Shown here piece by piece: positions 21,690 to 31,039 of a DNA stretch of 31,401 bases (the stretch's first letter is position 1; each line of letters opens with the position of its first letter). The translations under genes and the position numbers were made by a program. The notes under the pieces were generated by a model. It searched no databases. It worked only from the letters and a program-made list of their open reading frames with translations, and was not told the origin of the DNA. The stretch is taken from positions 1-31,401 of the forward strand of contig JBDRNT010000071.1 in the NCBI GenBank assembly GCA_043810925.1, in the 5' to 3' direction. This DNA is from Candidatus Eiseniibacteriota bacterium. GTDB taxonomy: Bacteria > Arandabacterota > Arandabacteria > Arandabacterales > Arandabacteraceae.

Positions 21690-24653
21690 CTAGAACTCTC
21701 CCCCAAGCGTAAAGTGAACCCTTCTCCCCACCTGTCCGTTGAAGCGGGTGGCCCAGGCGAAGTCCAGCTTCATGAGGAAGTAGCCAAGCCACATTCTGAT
21801 ACCGAACCCGTAGCTGGCATTGAGGTCCTTGAGCTCCTCCTGCCCCTCAACCCTATGCGCCACCCTCAGAGTCTCAAGATCACCACTCCAGGCGCCGCCG
21901 ATATCGAAGAAGAACGCACCCCTCACGCCTCCCAGCGACAGCGGTATGGGACCTCGCATTATAAGCCTGTCGATAAAGGGATAACGGAGCTCGATACTTG
22001 CGAGAAGAACATTGTTGCCTTCGAATTCGAAATCTTCGTAACCCCTGAGCGTATAACCCCCACCGAGGTAGAATGTCATAGGCTGGTCGCCCTGGCTCGT
22101 GGCTCCGAACAGGCGGCCGGCAAGCTGGGTGCGGTTCGTGAACCGGAGATACTTCCTGAAATCCATCACCCCGGTGGTGAATGACAGATCGCTACCCAGA
22201 ACATCGACGATCGATCTCTCCACGCTGAGCAAGTAGCGTGTACCGCCGACAGGACCCGTGGGTCCCCATATCGTGTTGTCCTTGACATAGGACAAACGTG
22301 GAATGAAGAGGTCTTCGGTCTCACGCCTCTCGACGGGAAGATCGACGTCGTAGTAATCCAGATCCTCTCTGAATATCTCACGCTCTATTCTCATAGCTGT
22401 GAAATCGAAGTCGATACGGCGGAATCTATCGATAGGCAGTGACAGCGCCAGCAATCCCCCGAAGTTTCTCTCCGAGAAGAGCTGGTCTTCCTTACCCTCT
22501 CCTATCGGCGTCCCCATCGTGGTGCGATCGGAGTAGTAGTAGTTCTTGAAATGAAAAATCCCGCCCCCATAGTCTATCCTTCTGGCCAGATAGTAGTAAA
22601 TTCCGAGGAAGTCCGTCTCCTCGAAGGAGGAGAAGAAGTCGGAAGCAATGTAGATCCTGTGGTTGCCGAGAACGTCACTCACCTGCAGCCGCGTGAGTCC
22701 CCCGAGACCGAAGGAACTGCTATACTGAAATGATCCCGCCAGCCAATCAGGGCTGAAGCGAAGCCTGTAGGGCGTGCTTTCATACCCGCCGGCCAGCTGC
22801 ACGCCGGTGGAATCGGGTTCGGCCGGGCCTGGTATTTCCGGCAGGGAATCGCTAGCTGCAAGCCACCCCTCGCTAACCCACGGCGCATCCCAGGTCCAGA
22901 GGTGCTCCTTGAGCACCTTCTTCGCTTCGAGAGCCTCAAGCGGCTCTTTCAACTGAAACACGTCCCAGCCACCCGCGCCGAAGACCCCGAAAGCCAGCCT
23001 GTCACCCTCAACCGACCAGGTCGGATTGAATATGCCGCCAAGAATGTCGGTGAGCTGCGACGTCGTCGAATCCGCCAGGTCATGGACGTAGAGGTTATAC
23101 GTGCCGTTCCTGTCGGAGACAAACATCAGTTTCTCGCCATCAGGCGACCATGCAGGAGACACGTCCTCAGACGGGCACCGCGTTATCCTCCTCGTAAGCC
23201 CGTCCTCGGCCCGAAGCATGTATATGTCCCTTCCGGGCTTTGTGCGGGGGTCGACTCTCAGAAAGACATCGAGCGAATCGACCTTGCCGGGGGCGATGGT
23301 TGAAAACGCTATGTACTTGCCGTCCGGTGACCAGGAGAAGCCTCCATACTCAAGCGCACCGGTATGCAGCGCCTCAATATGCTCGTCATCAAGGTCGTAC
23401 GTGAAGATCCCCGGTCTTCCGCCCTCGGCGCCGACAAACGCCAGGAGATTTCCACTCGGTGAAAAGGCCGGTCTGTCGACCGTATCGAAATCCAGCTCGA
23501 TTTTTCTCTTCACCTTTCCCGATTCCGAACTGATGATGTAGATTACATCCCTGTCCTTCCGTGTGCTGACAAACGCTATTTCCGATCCATCAGGAGACCA
23601 GGAAAAAGATGATCGGAGATAGTGAAAGGACTGAAAGTCAGCGCTTCGCTCACCCTTGACGAGCCGTTTGATCACCTTGCCATCAAGCGCCGACATCAGG
23701 TACATGTCATCGTAGCCGCTCTTGTCGGAAAGGAACACGATCTTCTGGCCGTCCGGTGAAATCGAGGGCATGACGTTGGCAAACGATCCATCCTTCTCGT
23801 GATCCGTCAGCCTCGACCCTATGTCCTCAGGATCGGTCCTGGACGCTATCTCTGGCCAGTACTGCTTCTTTATATGCTCGACCCAGGCCTCAGTCAGACC
23901 CTGCGAATCAACGCCTATGCTCGTCACCAGGGCTTTGTCGATGCTTCTTGCCGTATTGACATTCTGCAGGATGTCCGTCAGCTTCTGCCTGCCGTATTTC
24001 TGCGCGATGTACCGGATCACCGACTGGCCCTGCTTGTATGCCAGGTAGCCCTGAACATTCTGGTAGAGCGCGAAATAGTAACCGTGGATGGCAGCATCCC
24101 TCATGACCATCTCGGCCTCGGCATCCCAGTACTCCGAAACGTACTCCGTCAGTCCTTCAAGAAACCAGAGCGGAAGTGCAAACACATACTGACGCGTGAA
24201 GATGGATTCGAGGAGTCCGCCATAGAGCATATCGAAATTGAAAACGTGGGTGAGCTCGTGCACTATGACGTGTCTGAGCTCTTCATAGGACCCTGTAAAC
24301 GGTATCACCACCCGGTTCTTGTACATCTCCGTGAAACCACCGACCCCCTCCCCCAGTAACTCGAGCGTGACGTTCGTTTGACGAAATTCATTGCTGGACT
24401 TGTATATGAGGATCGGGACACGTGTAGACAGATCGTGGCTGAAGTACTCGCTGATCGAATCGTAGGCGGCATCAGACAGCACAGCCACTCTCTCCGCAAG
24501 TAGCGCCTCGTCGTCGTAGTAATAGATGTCGAAATGCTCCGATTTGAGAATCAGCCAGTCGAATCCCCTGTACTGGACCTTGTTCTTACCAAAGCCCAGG
24601 GCAAGCGAAGGCACGAGTATGATTATCGCCACAAACAGTGCTGTCTTCTTCAT
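21690..24653 (-). CDS. Omp85/BamA-TamA family outer-membrane protein with N-terminal zinc metallopeptidase (HExxH) and TolB/PD40 beta-propeller domains
   Basis: Signal peptide; FGKNKVQY; HELTH plus PLWFLEGLTEY; repeated PxxSPDG motifs; Omp85 barrel motifs FYLGGGYTLRGY, ELRYP, GAFFFDIG; C-terminal Phe (FTLGGEF). Start placed at ATG 24653 after GGAGG. Confidence 0.88.
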   Translation of the reverse strand: MKKTALFVAIIILVPSLALGFGKNKVQYRGFDWLILKSEHFDIYYYDDEALLAERVAVLSDAAYDSISEYFSHDLSTRVPILIYKSSNEFRQTNVTLELLGEGVGGFTEMYKNRVVIPFTGSYEELRHVIVHELTHVFNFDMLYGGLLESIFTRQYVFALPLWFLEGLTEYVSEYWDAEAEMVMRDAAIHGYYFALYQNVQGYLAYKQGQSVIRYIAQKYGRQKLTDILQNVNTARSIDKALVTSIGVDSQGLTEAWVEHIKKQYWPEIASRTDPEDIGSRLTDHEKDGSFANVMPSISPDGQKIVFLSDKSGYDDMYLMSALDGKVIKRLVKGERSADFQSFHYLRSSFSWSPDGSEIAFVSTRKDRDVIYIISSESGKVKRKIELDFDTVDRPAFSPSGNLLAFVGAEGGRPGIFTYDLDDEHIEALHTGALEYGGFSWSPDGKYIAFSTIAPGKVDSLDVFLRVDPRTKPGRDIYMLRAEDGLTRRITRCPSEDVSPAWSPDGEKLMFVSDRNGTYNLYVHDLADSTTSQLTDILGGIFNPTWSVEGDRLAFGVFGAGGWDVFQLKEPLEALEAKKVLKEHLWTWDAPWVSEGWLAASDSLPEIPGPAEPDSTGVQLAGGYESTPYRLRFSPDWLAGSFQYSSSFGLGGLTRLQVSDVLGNHRIYIASDFFSSFEETDFLGIYYYLARRIDYGGGIFHFKNYYYSDRTTMGTPIGEGKEDQLFSERNFGGLLALSLPIDRFRRIDFDFTAMRIEREIFREDLDYYDVDLPVERRETEDLFIPRLSYVKDNTIWGPTGPVGGTRYLLSVERSIVDVLGSDLSFTTGVMDFRKYLRFTNRTQLAGRLFGATSQGDQPMTFYLGGGYTLRGYEDFEFEGNNVLLASIELRYPFIDRLIMRGPIPLSLGGVRGAFFFDIGGAWSGDLETLRVAHRVEGQEELKDLNASYGFGIRMWLGYFLMKLDFAWATRFNGQVGRRVHFTLGGEF

Positions 24654-24672
24654 GTTCATCCTCCCCCCCTTA

Positions 24673-27600
24673 TCAATACCCGTATCTGAACTTGAGATCG
24701 ACATCGAAATATCCCAGTCCTCCGATGGTGCCCGTTTCACCTTCGATGGAGAACCTGTTACTCAGCCTGTATTCGACCGAGAGTTGTCTCTCGGGAGACG
24801 AAAGACCCATCTGAGTGAACTTCCGGCGGTCCTCGTAGAGGCTTCCGAGGGACTGCGTGTATTCGAGGTAGACCTTGTCTGATACGTACTTCCCGAAGGT
24901 CACGCGCGTCGCCGCCAGAGCATCCCCACTTCCCACTTCGCTAACCTCCACTCCGAACCGGTCGAGCCTCAACTCCCTCGCGACCTCGGCCCCAAACCGG
25001 TTGACCAGGGCAACTCCCCACGATCGCAGGAATTCGCCTGAGAAGAACCTGTTGTTCAAACCCTCCTCAGACGCTTCTCCGCGCCGGAGAGTCAGAGCCT
25101 CGAAGATCTGAGTCTCACTCCAGCCACTCTCGGAAGTCGCACTGATATCCAGTTCATCGAGGCGTCCCCTGACCAGTAGATCGATCTTCTCATCCAGCAC
25201 CCTTGATTGCGCCTCTAAGTCAATATAAACATTTCTCAGACTGGTGACATCGGTAAATCTGAACTCGCCTCTCGTTATTCGGAAGACATTGTAGTAGATA
25301 TAGAATGTTCCCCTCAACGTCCTGAGTGTTCCGAGGACGGACAGACCTTCTTTGCCTCTCTTGACACTCAAATCGCCCTGGAGCTCCGCCTCGATATCCC
25401 CGCCCCTTATCCAGAAGGCATTGGGCACCTCGATCTCCAGGTTCATGACCCATGACGGTGAGGCGCTCGGCCCTATTATCGTGCCCTCTCCGGCCTCACC
25501 ACTACCCCCTGTCAGCGAATAGAAGTACTCTCCTTCCTTGATCTTGAGATCTCCTTCTATCCTCGGTACCGGTTTACCGGACTCGAAAACCTCGGCATCG
25601 ATCGTGACATTTCCGTCGAAACGGGCATAAACGTCCTCGAACTCTGTGACCGCGAAGTCCTTGAACGCAAGAGCGAAGTGCCAGTCCGAGAGGCTGGTTC
25701 CCTTAACTGTGAAGAAACCCGTTGCCTTGAGCGACTTGTCCTCAGCCGTCATCCTGACAAGCGTAAATCGTGTACCCTCCGCACGAAGTTGCAGCGAGAT
25801 CTCTCTCAAGTCCTGCGCAACCCCTTCGAACCGCAGGCGGGCGTTCGAGAGGTTGAGATCACCGTAGAACTGGGGGGCCTTCGCGTCACCGGTAATCCGG
25901 AGGTTCGCGCCATAGGTGCCTGAGCAGACCTTGAGTTTGGGTATCAGTTCACACATAAGCCCGACATCTCCGTCCACCACTGAGATGCGCAGATCAATCG
26001 GCCGTTCCAGCAGCTCACTTGAGAATGGGAGCATGGAGATGGCGATCGGCACATCACCTGATACCTGCCCCTCCTCCCTGCCGGTACCAAAAGTCAGAGC
26101 AACCACTTCCAGCAGCGAATCCCGGACCATCAGGTTCCATGCAACATCACCAACGCGGGCTGCACCATAAGATGCTTCCCGCAACCTACCCTTAGTGACA
26201 ACTCGCGGGTTCCTTTTATTCCCGCTAATTTCCATGGTGAGTTCGGCAAGACCGTCGAGTTTCGCAATCGGCGGGACCAGGGGTTCAAGCAGTGAAATAT
26301 CAATATCTCTGGCTTCGATGGCTATCGTGCCGAGATCCTCCACGATATCGTACCCCTTACCGGCATCTATTAGGTCCCCCAGCCGGGACGGAGCGAGATC
26401 GACCGGAATGCTTCCTTCGATACCGACACTCCCTCCGTTTTGCGTGAGAGCCACCTTGTCAATCCGGAGAGACTCGCCGTCGTACTGTATTGAGCCCGTA
26501 AGAGCCTCAAATGCCACCGCACGTATCTCACCCTGCTCGACGGTGAAATCCATATCAAACGTGAGACCGTCCCGATGGCCGGAACCCTTGAGTGTCATAT
26601 CGAGGAGCCCCGTCGGCACTTCCTGTCTCAGCACTTCACCGAGAAGACCGAGGTCGAAACCGTCAACATGCGTCTCAAGCGAGTAGTTGCCCCCGATGTA
26701 GGAAGAGTTGAGAAGTGATATTCTGCCCATCCCGGACGAGAACGAGGCATCGCCGATCGAGAGCGAGTCCGGCCTGTACTTGATCCACACGGTGTCTTCG
26801 TTCTCCCATATGAAGCCGCCCAGTCCGACAAACATGTTGCCCATCCCGGCATCGAAACCGCCTTCAACGATCTCTATGTCTCCGGTAACCCCGAGCAGGG
26901 ACCCGTCGTTTCTCGTCAGCACGGCCCGCTCGAGCTTGACTTCCCTGTCATCGATCACCATGTTTCCGATGAACTCACTCCCTTTAAGACCGTAGATGTC
27001 CAGATCGCTTCCGAACATCTCAGCGCGACCGGTCAGGCGATTGTCCACCTCATCAAGCTCGACTGTTATCACCAGGCTATCGACAAGCGTCCCCGAGTAA
27101 TCCAGATGTCTGCCGACCGAGTTGGCGTAGAAATCGAGGAGACCCGGTCCGATTATCAGGACTCCGCCCGCTTCAACCGCTCCATGGACATTCTCGACCT
27201 TGTGATACGGATACATATCCTCCACATCGGGACAATCCAGTGAGAAACCCAGCCGGACGCCCCCGTCAAATCCGATCCGGCCCCGGGCCTCAAGCCGGGA
27301 CGCTCCTATCCCGGCAACCAGGCTGTCCAGTTTCACAGAACGGCTGTCGACGTCAACCATTCCGCCGATTGAATCGAATACATAGTCCCCGTAGCTGCCC
27401 TGGTCGAGCCGGGGCCATGTCCGGAGCCAGAATTGGTTTGAGTCCAGACCATGTCCCCTGAACCTGATACTGCCGTTCAGATCGGAAGGACGGCCGGCAC
27501 CGTCTTCATCTTCGGCCTCGGCGAAGTTGGAGAGGTCCAGATCAGAGAATGCAATGATGCCCTCGTACCTAGGTGGATCCGCCATTGTGTACTCACCCGA

Positions 27601-28581
27601 GAAGCTGACGGGCGTCTCGTTGAGCGATGTGGTGAGATGGTCCACCCTGATTGCGTCTTTTTCGTAGAGGACACTGGCGATGAGATCATCAAACTCCCAA
27701 CCATTCACGTCACCGGTAAGATTCGATTCAACCGCGAGTTGCGAGTACCGGCCGGAAGCATCAAGGCGGCCTCGGACAATCCCCATGTCCTTTAGGTCGG
27801 AGCTCCCGGTGAAGAGCGGGATCTCACCAAGGTACAGACTATCGATCCTGGCCGTAACTGCGACAGAGTCATTGTCCCCCGTACCGAAAGAGCCTGAGAC
27901 TCCGACTTTGCTGTGGGGTGTTCTGATCCTTGCCCCCTTCAGTTCGATCCTGTCCTTAAGACTGTGGATCATCCCCGCAATATCATCAACCACGCCGGCT
28001 TCGCCGTATGTGAACGACCCCCATCTTATCTTGGCCGTTGAGCTTCGCTTGTCCTGTTCATACGACCACACAGCGTCGAGGTCTCTGATGACCTTCGGTT
28101 CCTCCCCCTCCAGAGTGATCGAACCATCCGTCACACCGATGTTCATAATCTCAAAGCTCATTGGGTCGCCGGTGGAAGTCACCGGATCACCGGTGGGATA
28201 TATCCTCGTACCATCGGCTCTGAGCGGCACCACAAGCGTGGGAGAGACCACACTCACCGAATCGAACTTGACCTTCCCGGCAAGAAGTGAAGCGAGGTTG
28301 ATCCTGCCGGAGAGGGTCCGTGCCGACAGCAGAATCCTGGGTGCTTCCTCCCCCGTGTAGCTTATACACACGTCATCAAACGTGATATCGCCAAGCAGGC
28401 TCCCGCTCACATTACCCACATCGATACTGAGATTACGCTGTTTGACATATCTCGCAGTTACAAAGTCACCGACCTGGATCGCAATCCTTTCACTCTGGGT
28501 CCGGATAACGACAATGGTGCCGAAAATCAGAATACCGACCACCACGAGGAAGTAGACCAGCCCGGTAGTTCTTCGCTTCAT
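24673..28581 (-). CDS. tamB: Translocation/assembly module TamB-like (AsmA/DUF490) protein
   Basis: N-terminal TM anchor, IDVGNVSGSLLG, long beta-taco repeats, DUF490-like C-terminus (TFGKYVSDKVYLEY..LSVEYRLSNRFSIEG..DLKFRYGY); adjacent to an Omp85 gene. Confidence 0.85.
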   Translation of the reverse strand: MKRRTTGLVYFLVVVGILIFGTIVVIRTQSERIAIQVGDFVTARYVKQRNLSIDVGNVSGSLLGDITFDDVCISYTGEEAPRILLSARTLSGRINLASLLAGKVKFDSVSVVSPTLVVPLRADGTRIYPTGDPVTSTGDPMSFEIMNIGVTDGSITLEGEEPKVIRDLDAVWSYEQDKRSSTAKIRWGSFTYGEAGVVDDIAGMIHSLKDRIELKGARIRTPHSKVGVSGSFGTGDNDSVAVTARIDSLYLGEIPLFTGSSDLKDMGIVRGRLDASGRYSQLAVESNLTGDVNGWEFDDLIASVLYEKDAIRVDHLTTSLNETPVSFSGEYTMADPPRYEGIIAFSDLDLSNFAEAEDEDGAGRPSDLNGSIRFRGHGLDSNQFWLRTWPRLDQGSYGDYVFDSIGGMVDVDSRSVKLDSLVAGIGASRLEARGRIGFDGGVRLGFSLDCPDVEDMYPYHKVENVHGAVEAGGVLIIGPGLLDFYANSVGRHLDYSGTLVDSLVITVELDEVDNRLTGRAEMFGSDLDIYGLKGSEFIGNMVIDDREVKLERAVLTRNDGSLLGVTGDIEIVEGGFDAGMGNMFVGLGGFIWENEDTVWIKYRPDSLSIGDASFSSGMGRISLLNSSYIGGNYSLETHVDGFDLGLLGEVLRQEVPTGLLDMTLKGSGHRDGLTFDMDFTVEQGEIRAVAFEALTGSIQYDGESLRIDKVALTQNGGSVGIEGSIPVDLAPSRLGDLIDAGKGYDIVEDLGTIAIEARDIDISLLEPLVPPIAKLDGLAELTMEISGNKRNPRVVTKGRLREASYGAARVGDVAWNLMVRDSLLEVVALTFGTGREEGQVSGDVPIAISMLPFSSELLERPIDLRISVVDGDVGLMCELIPKLKVCSGTYGANLRITGDAKAPQFYGDLNLSNARLRFEGVAQDLREISLQLRAEGTRFTLVRMTAEDKSLKATGFFTVKGTSLSDWHFALAFKDFAVTEFEDVYARFDGNVTIDAEVFESGKPVPRIEGDLKIKEGEYFYSLTGGSGEAGEGTIIGPSASPSWVMNLEIEVPNAFWIRGGDIEAELQGDLSVKRGKEGLSVLGTLRTLRGTFYIYYNVFRITRGEFRFTDVTSLRNVYIDLEAQSRVLDEKIDLLVRGRLDELDISATSESGWSETQIFEALTLRRGEASEEGLNNRFFSGEFLRSWGVALVNRFGAEVARELRLDRFGVEVSEVGSGDALAATRVTFGKYVSDKVYLEYTQSLGSLYEDRRKFTQMGLSSPERQLSVEYRLSNRFSIEGETGTIGGLGYFDVDLKFRYGY

Positions 28582-28598
28582 CCCTGCATTCTCATTCC

Positions 28599-30494
28599 TT
28601 AGAACGCATGTCCCACTGTTATGTGGAACATGCCCGGGGATTCCTTGCTCCCCGAGTCAAGCCGGCCACGCTTGAGTCTCATCCCGTAGTCGACCCTTGC
28701 CGGACCGACGGGCGTCTGGATTCCAAGACCAATACCGGCACTGTACTTGACATCGCTGTCCCTCCGCGACTGAAACTCATCAGGGGACACACTGAGATTG
28801 AAATCGGACCTTCTTACGTCGCGTATAGTCGGCCAGGCATTCCCGATGTCGAGGAACGAGACACCTACGAACTTCCAGAACAGCGGGAACCTCAACTCGA
28901 CGTTGGCCAGAGCCAAAAAGTCACCAGGCCCGAATTCCCGCTCGTCGTACCCCCGGATCGTACTGGAACCGCCGGCAAAAAACCGCTCGTACTCGGGTAC
29001 GCCGTCTTCCGACGAATTACCGAAGGCCTCCGCGAAGCCGATTCGTGTACTCAACGCTATAACGCTTCTGCCGCGAAGCGACATGTACCGCGCCCAGCTC
29101 CACGTCAGTTTGTTGTACGAGTTGTCGCCGCCGAATAACCCACCCGAGGTCCTTGAAATCCACCTCGTGAGCGATCCACGCTGAGGATCAAAGAATGGAC
29201 GCCTCGTATCCCGCTCGATCAACACGGAGGCGGATCTGTTTATCTCCTGATCCAGGCTGATCCTGAGATCTTCAGGATCCTTGACGTCCCAGGTTGGTTC
29301 GCTGACGTCAACGATTTCATGTGTATACGTAAACGTCAAACGCGTCGATCTCGATAACTCTTTCTTGATGCTCAGGTCGGCTCCAATCCTGAGAAGCGTG
29401 TATTCACCCTCACTCTTCCCCTCCTTGTAATCCTCCAGCGATTCCTGAATGAAGAGTGCGACGGCCCCCACAAGCCTCCTCCCTAACAGCCACCGGTCGG
29501 TCAGAGCCATATCACCGCGTTTTCGCGTCAGACCCTTGTCAAACTGCTTGCTGGCCAGAATCGTTCTGAGCTCGATCTGGTCGCCGGTGTTCCAGATGTT
29601 CCTGTGGTGCCAGCCGACGGTCACACGGGCCTCATCCCTGGTACCATAGCCCAGACCCAGGGACATCTCGCGCATCTTTCGTTCCTTGACCTTGACTATG
29701 AGGTCAACCGACCCAGAGTCCGAGTCTCCCGCGAATGGTTCGATCTCGACATCTTTGAAAAGACCCGTGTCATAGAGATGCTGCTGACTCTCAAGCACCT
29801 TTTTCCTGGCAAAAGTGTCGCCGGGCTCAAGCAGGACCTCGCGCCGTATCAGCGGCTTGCCCACCCTGTTGTTGCCTCGCACCTCGACCGCACCGATAGT
29901 AGCGGGCCTGCCCTCCTCGATAAGGTATCTGACCGTCGCTTTACCGTTCTGCCCGTCGATCTCGTGCATGATCGATGCAAACACGAAACCCTTGTCGGCA
30001 TAGACAGCATACAGGCTGTACTTGTCATCGCTGACCCTGAGCTGGTTGAGCGGCTGCCCCACCTTGACCGTAAGGGCCTTGCGCAGGACGTTGTCATCAA
30101 TATGGCTGTTGCCGGTAAGAGAGATGCCTCCTATTACCGTCTGAGCTCCTTCGCTCACCCGCACGCGGATCCAGACATGCTCGCGGTTATCATCGTAGGT
30201 GAGATCTTCGATCTGCGCCTGTGCTTTGAGAAAGCCGTTTCGCTTGTAGAAAGCGACTATGGAATTGAGATCTGATTCAAGCATGCTTTCCCTGAGCCGC
30301 TTGGTGCGGAGGAACTTGCTTTGCTTGGTGCGCATCAGGCCCTTGATCTTCTTCTCACTGAAATGGCTAACCCCTTCAATCTTGACTTCTTTGACCACCG
30401 GGCCACCGGGCGTCCTCTTTCTCGAGCACATGGCGGTCGAGAAACAGGAAGTCAGTATTACAATTACTGTTACTGCTATAATCAGTGTTTTCAT
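28599..30494 (-). CDS. Omp85-family outer-membrane assembly factor with three POTRA domains (TamA/TamL-like)
   Basis: Three POTRA repeats (YKRNGFLKA, YADKGFVFA, LYDTGLFKDV; VxEG motifs); barrel ERFFAGGSSTIRGY, ELRFP, FLDIGNAW, TPVGPARVDYG; C-terminal Phe. The start is likely MKTLII at 30494 (the track gives 30509). Confidence 0.9.
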   Translation of the reverse strand: MKTLIIAVTVIVILTSCFSTAMCSRKRTPGGPVVKEVKIEGVSHFSEKKIKGLMRTKQSKFLRTKRLRESMLESDLNSIVAFYKRNGFLKAQAQIEDLTYDDNREHVWIRVRVSEGAQTVIGGISLTGNSHIDDNVLRKALTVKVGQPLNQLRVSDDKYSLYAVYADKGFVFASIMHEIDGQNGKATVRYLIEEGRPATIGAVEVRGNNRVGKPLIRREVLLEPGDTFARKKVLESQQHLYDTGLFKDVEIEPFAGDSDSGSVDLIVKVKERKMREMSLGLGYGTRDEARVTVGWHHRNIWNTGDQIELRTILASKQFDKGLTRKRGDMALTDRWLLGRRLVGAVALFIQESLEDYKEGKSEGEYTLLRIGADLSIKKELSRSTRLTFTYTHEIVDVSEPTWDVKDPEDLRISLDQEINRSASVLIERDTRRPFFDPQRGSLTRWISRTSGGLFGGDNSYNKLTWSWARYMSLRGRSVIALSTRIGFAEAFGNSSEDGVPEYERFFAGGSSTIRGYDEREFGPGDFLALANVELRFPLFWKFVGVSFLDIGNAWPTIRDVRRSDFNLSVSPDEFQSRRDSDVKYSAGIGLGIQTPVGPARVDYGMRLKRGRLDSGSKESPGMFHITVGHAF

Positions 30495-30507
30495 AGTCTT
30501 CGCGTGC

Positions 30508-30537
30508 ATGTTAGCAAAGAGGCCCTTTGGCTGTCAA
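30508..30537 (-). promoter_or_regulatory. Putative sigma-70 promoter of the tamA-tamB-omp85-pcrA operon
   Basis: TTGACA (30537-30532), 18-nt spacer, TGc-TAACAT (30513-30508). Confidence 0.55.
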
Positions 30538-30591
30538 CAACACCCATGGCCCGGACCAATCAATCGCTCTCTCGTGCTGCGACAAATAGTC

Positions 30592-30639
30592 TCGGTGACA
30601 CCACACTTAATTATCGATAATTAAGTGTGGTGTCACCGA
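30592..30639. repeat. Perfect 48-bp palindrome (no loop)
   Basis: TCGGTGACACCACACTTAATTATC|GATAATTAAGTGTGGTGTCACCGA; extends 3 more bp after one mismatch. Confidence 0.95.
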
Positions 30640-30703
30640 AACTCTTATCGAAATTCTACCGAAATTCACTGGATTTCCACGCAACCTCAAATATAATGAA
30701 ACC

Positions 30704-31039
30704 ATGAAGAAGACGATACTATGGTTCGGGCTCGTTGTCGCGGTACTGGCATGTGCGGGCTGCACGCAGAATCACGGTCTGCCGGATGATGAGGACCTCG
30801 AGCTCTTTATAGAGCTCTCATCACAGTGCGCATACATAGACAGGACATACTCACATCAGGAGGATCTGCGTGAGGCCGAACTGGCGGCTCTTCCGTTCCC
30901 GCCCAACTGGAGTGATTTCGTGGACACGCTGCTTCTCAGATACGGGACGGACGCCGGTTTCTGGTACGACGTTTACTCCGAGATATCCGCAAGATCGAGG
31001 GGATCGTCAACCTCGGAAGAATCTCGAGATGTCAAATAG
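30704..31039 (+). CDS. Small putative lipoprotein
   Basis: MKKTILWFGLVVAVLACAGC signal with lipobox-like CAGC; TATAAT lies 6 nt upstream of the ATG. Confidence 0.75.
   Translation: MKKTILWFGLVVAVLACAGCTQNHGLPDDEDLELFIELSSQCAYIDRTYSHQEDLREAELAALPFPPNWSDFVDTLLLRYGTDAGFWYDVYSEISARSRGSSTSEESRDVK

Noticed and set aside
24654-24740. Long N-terminal extensions given by the ORF track (24740; likewise 9200, 10119, 11248, 12603, 14345, 30509)
   Set aside because: Downstream ATGs start clean signal peptides and mostly have well-spaced SD sequences. The extensions overlap neighbouring genes, promoters or UTR motifs.
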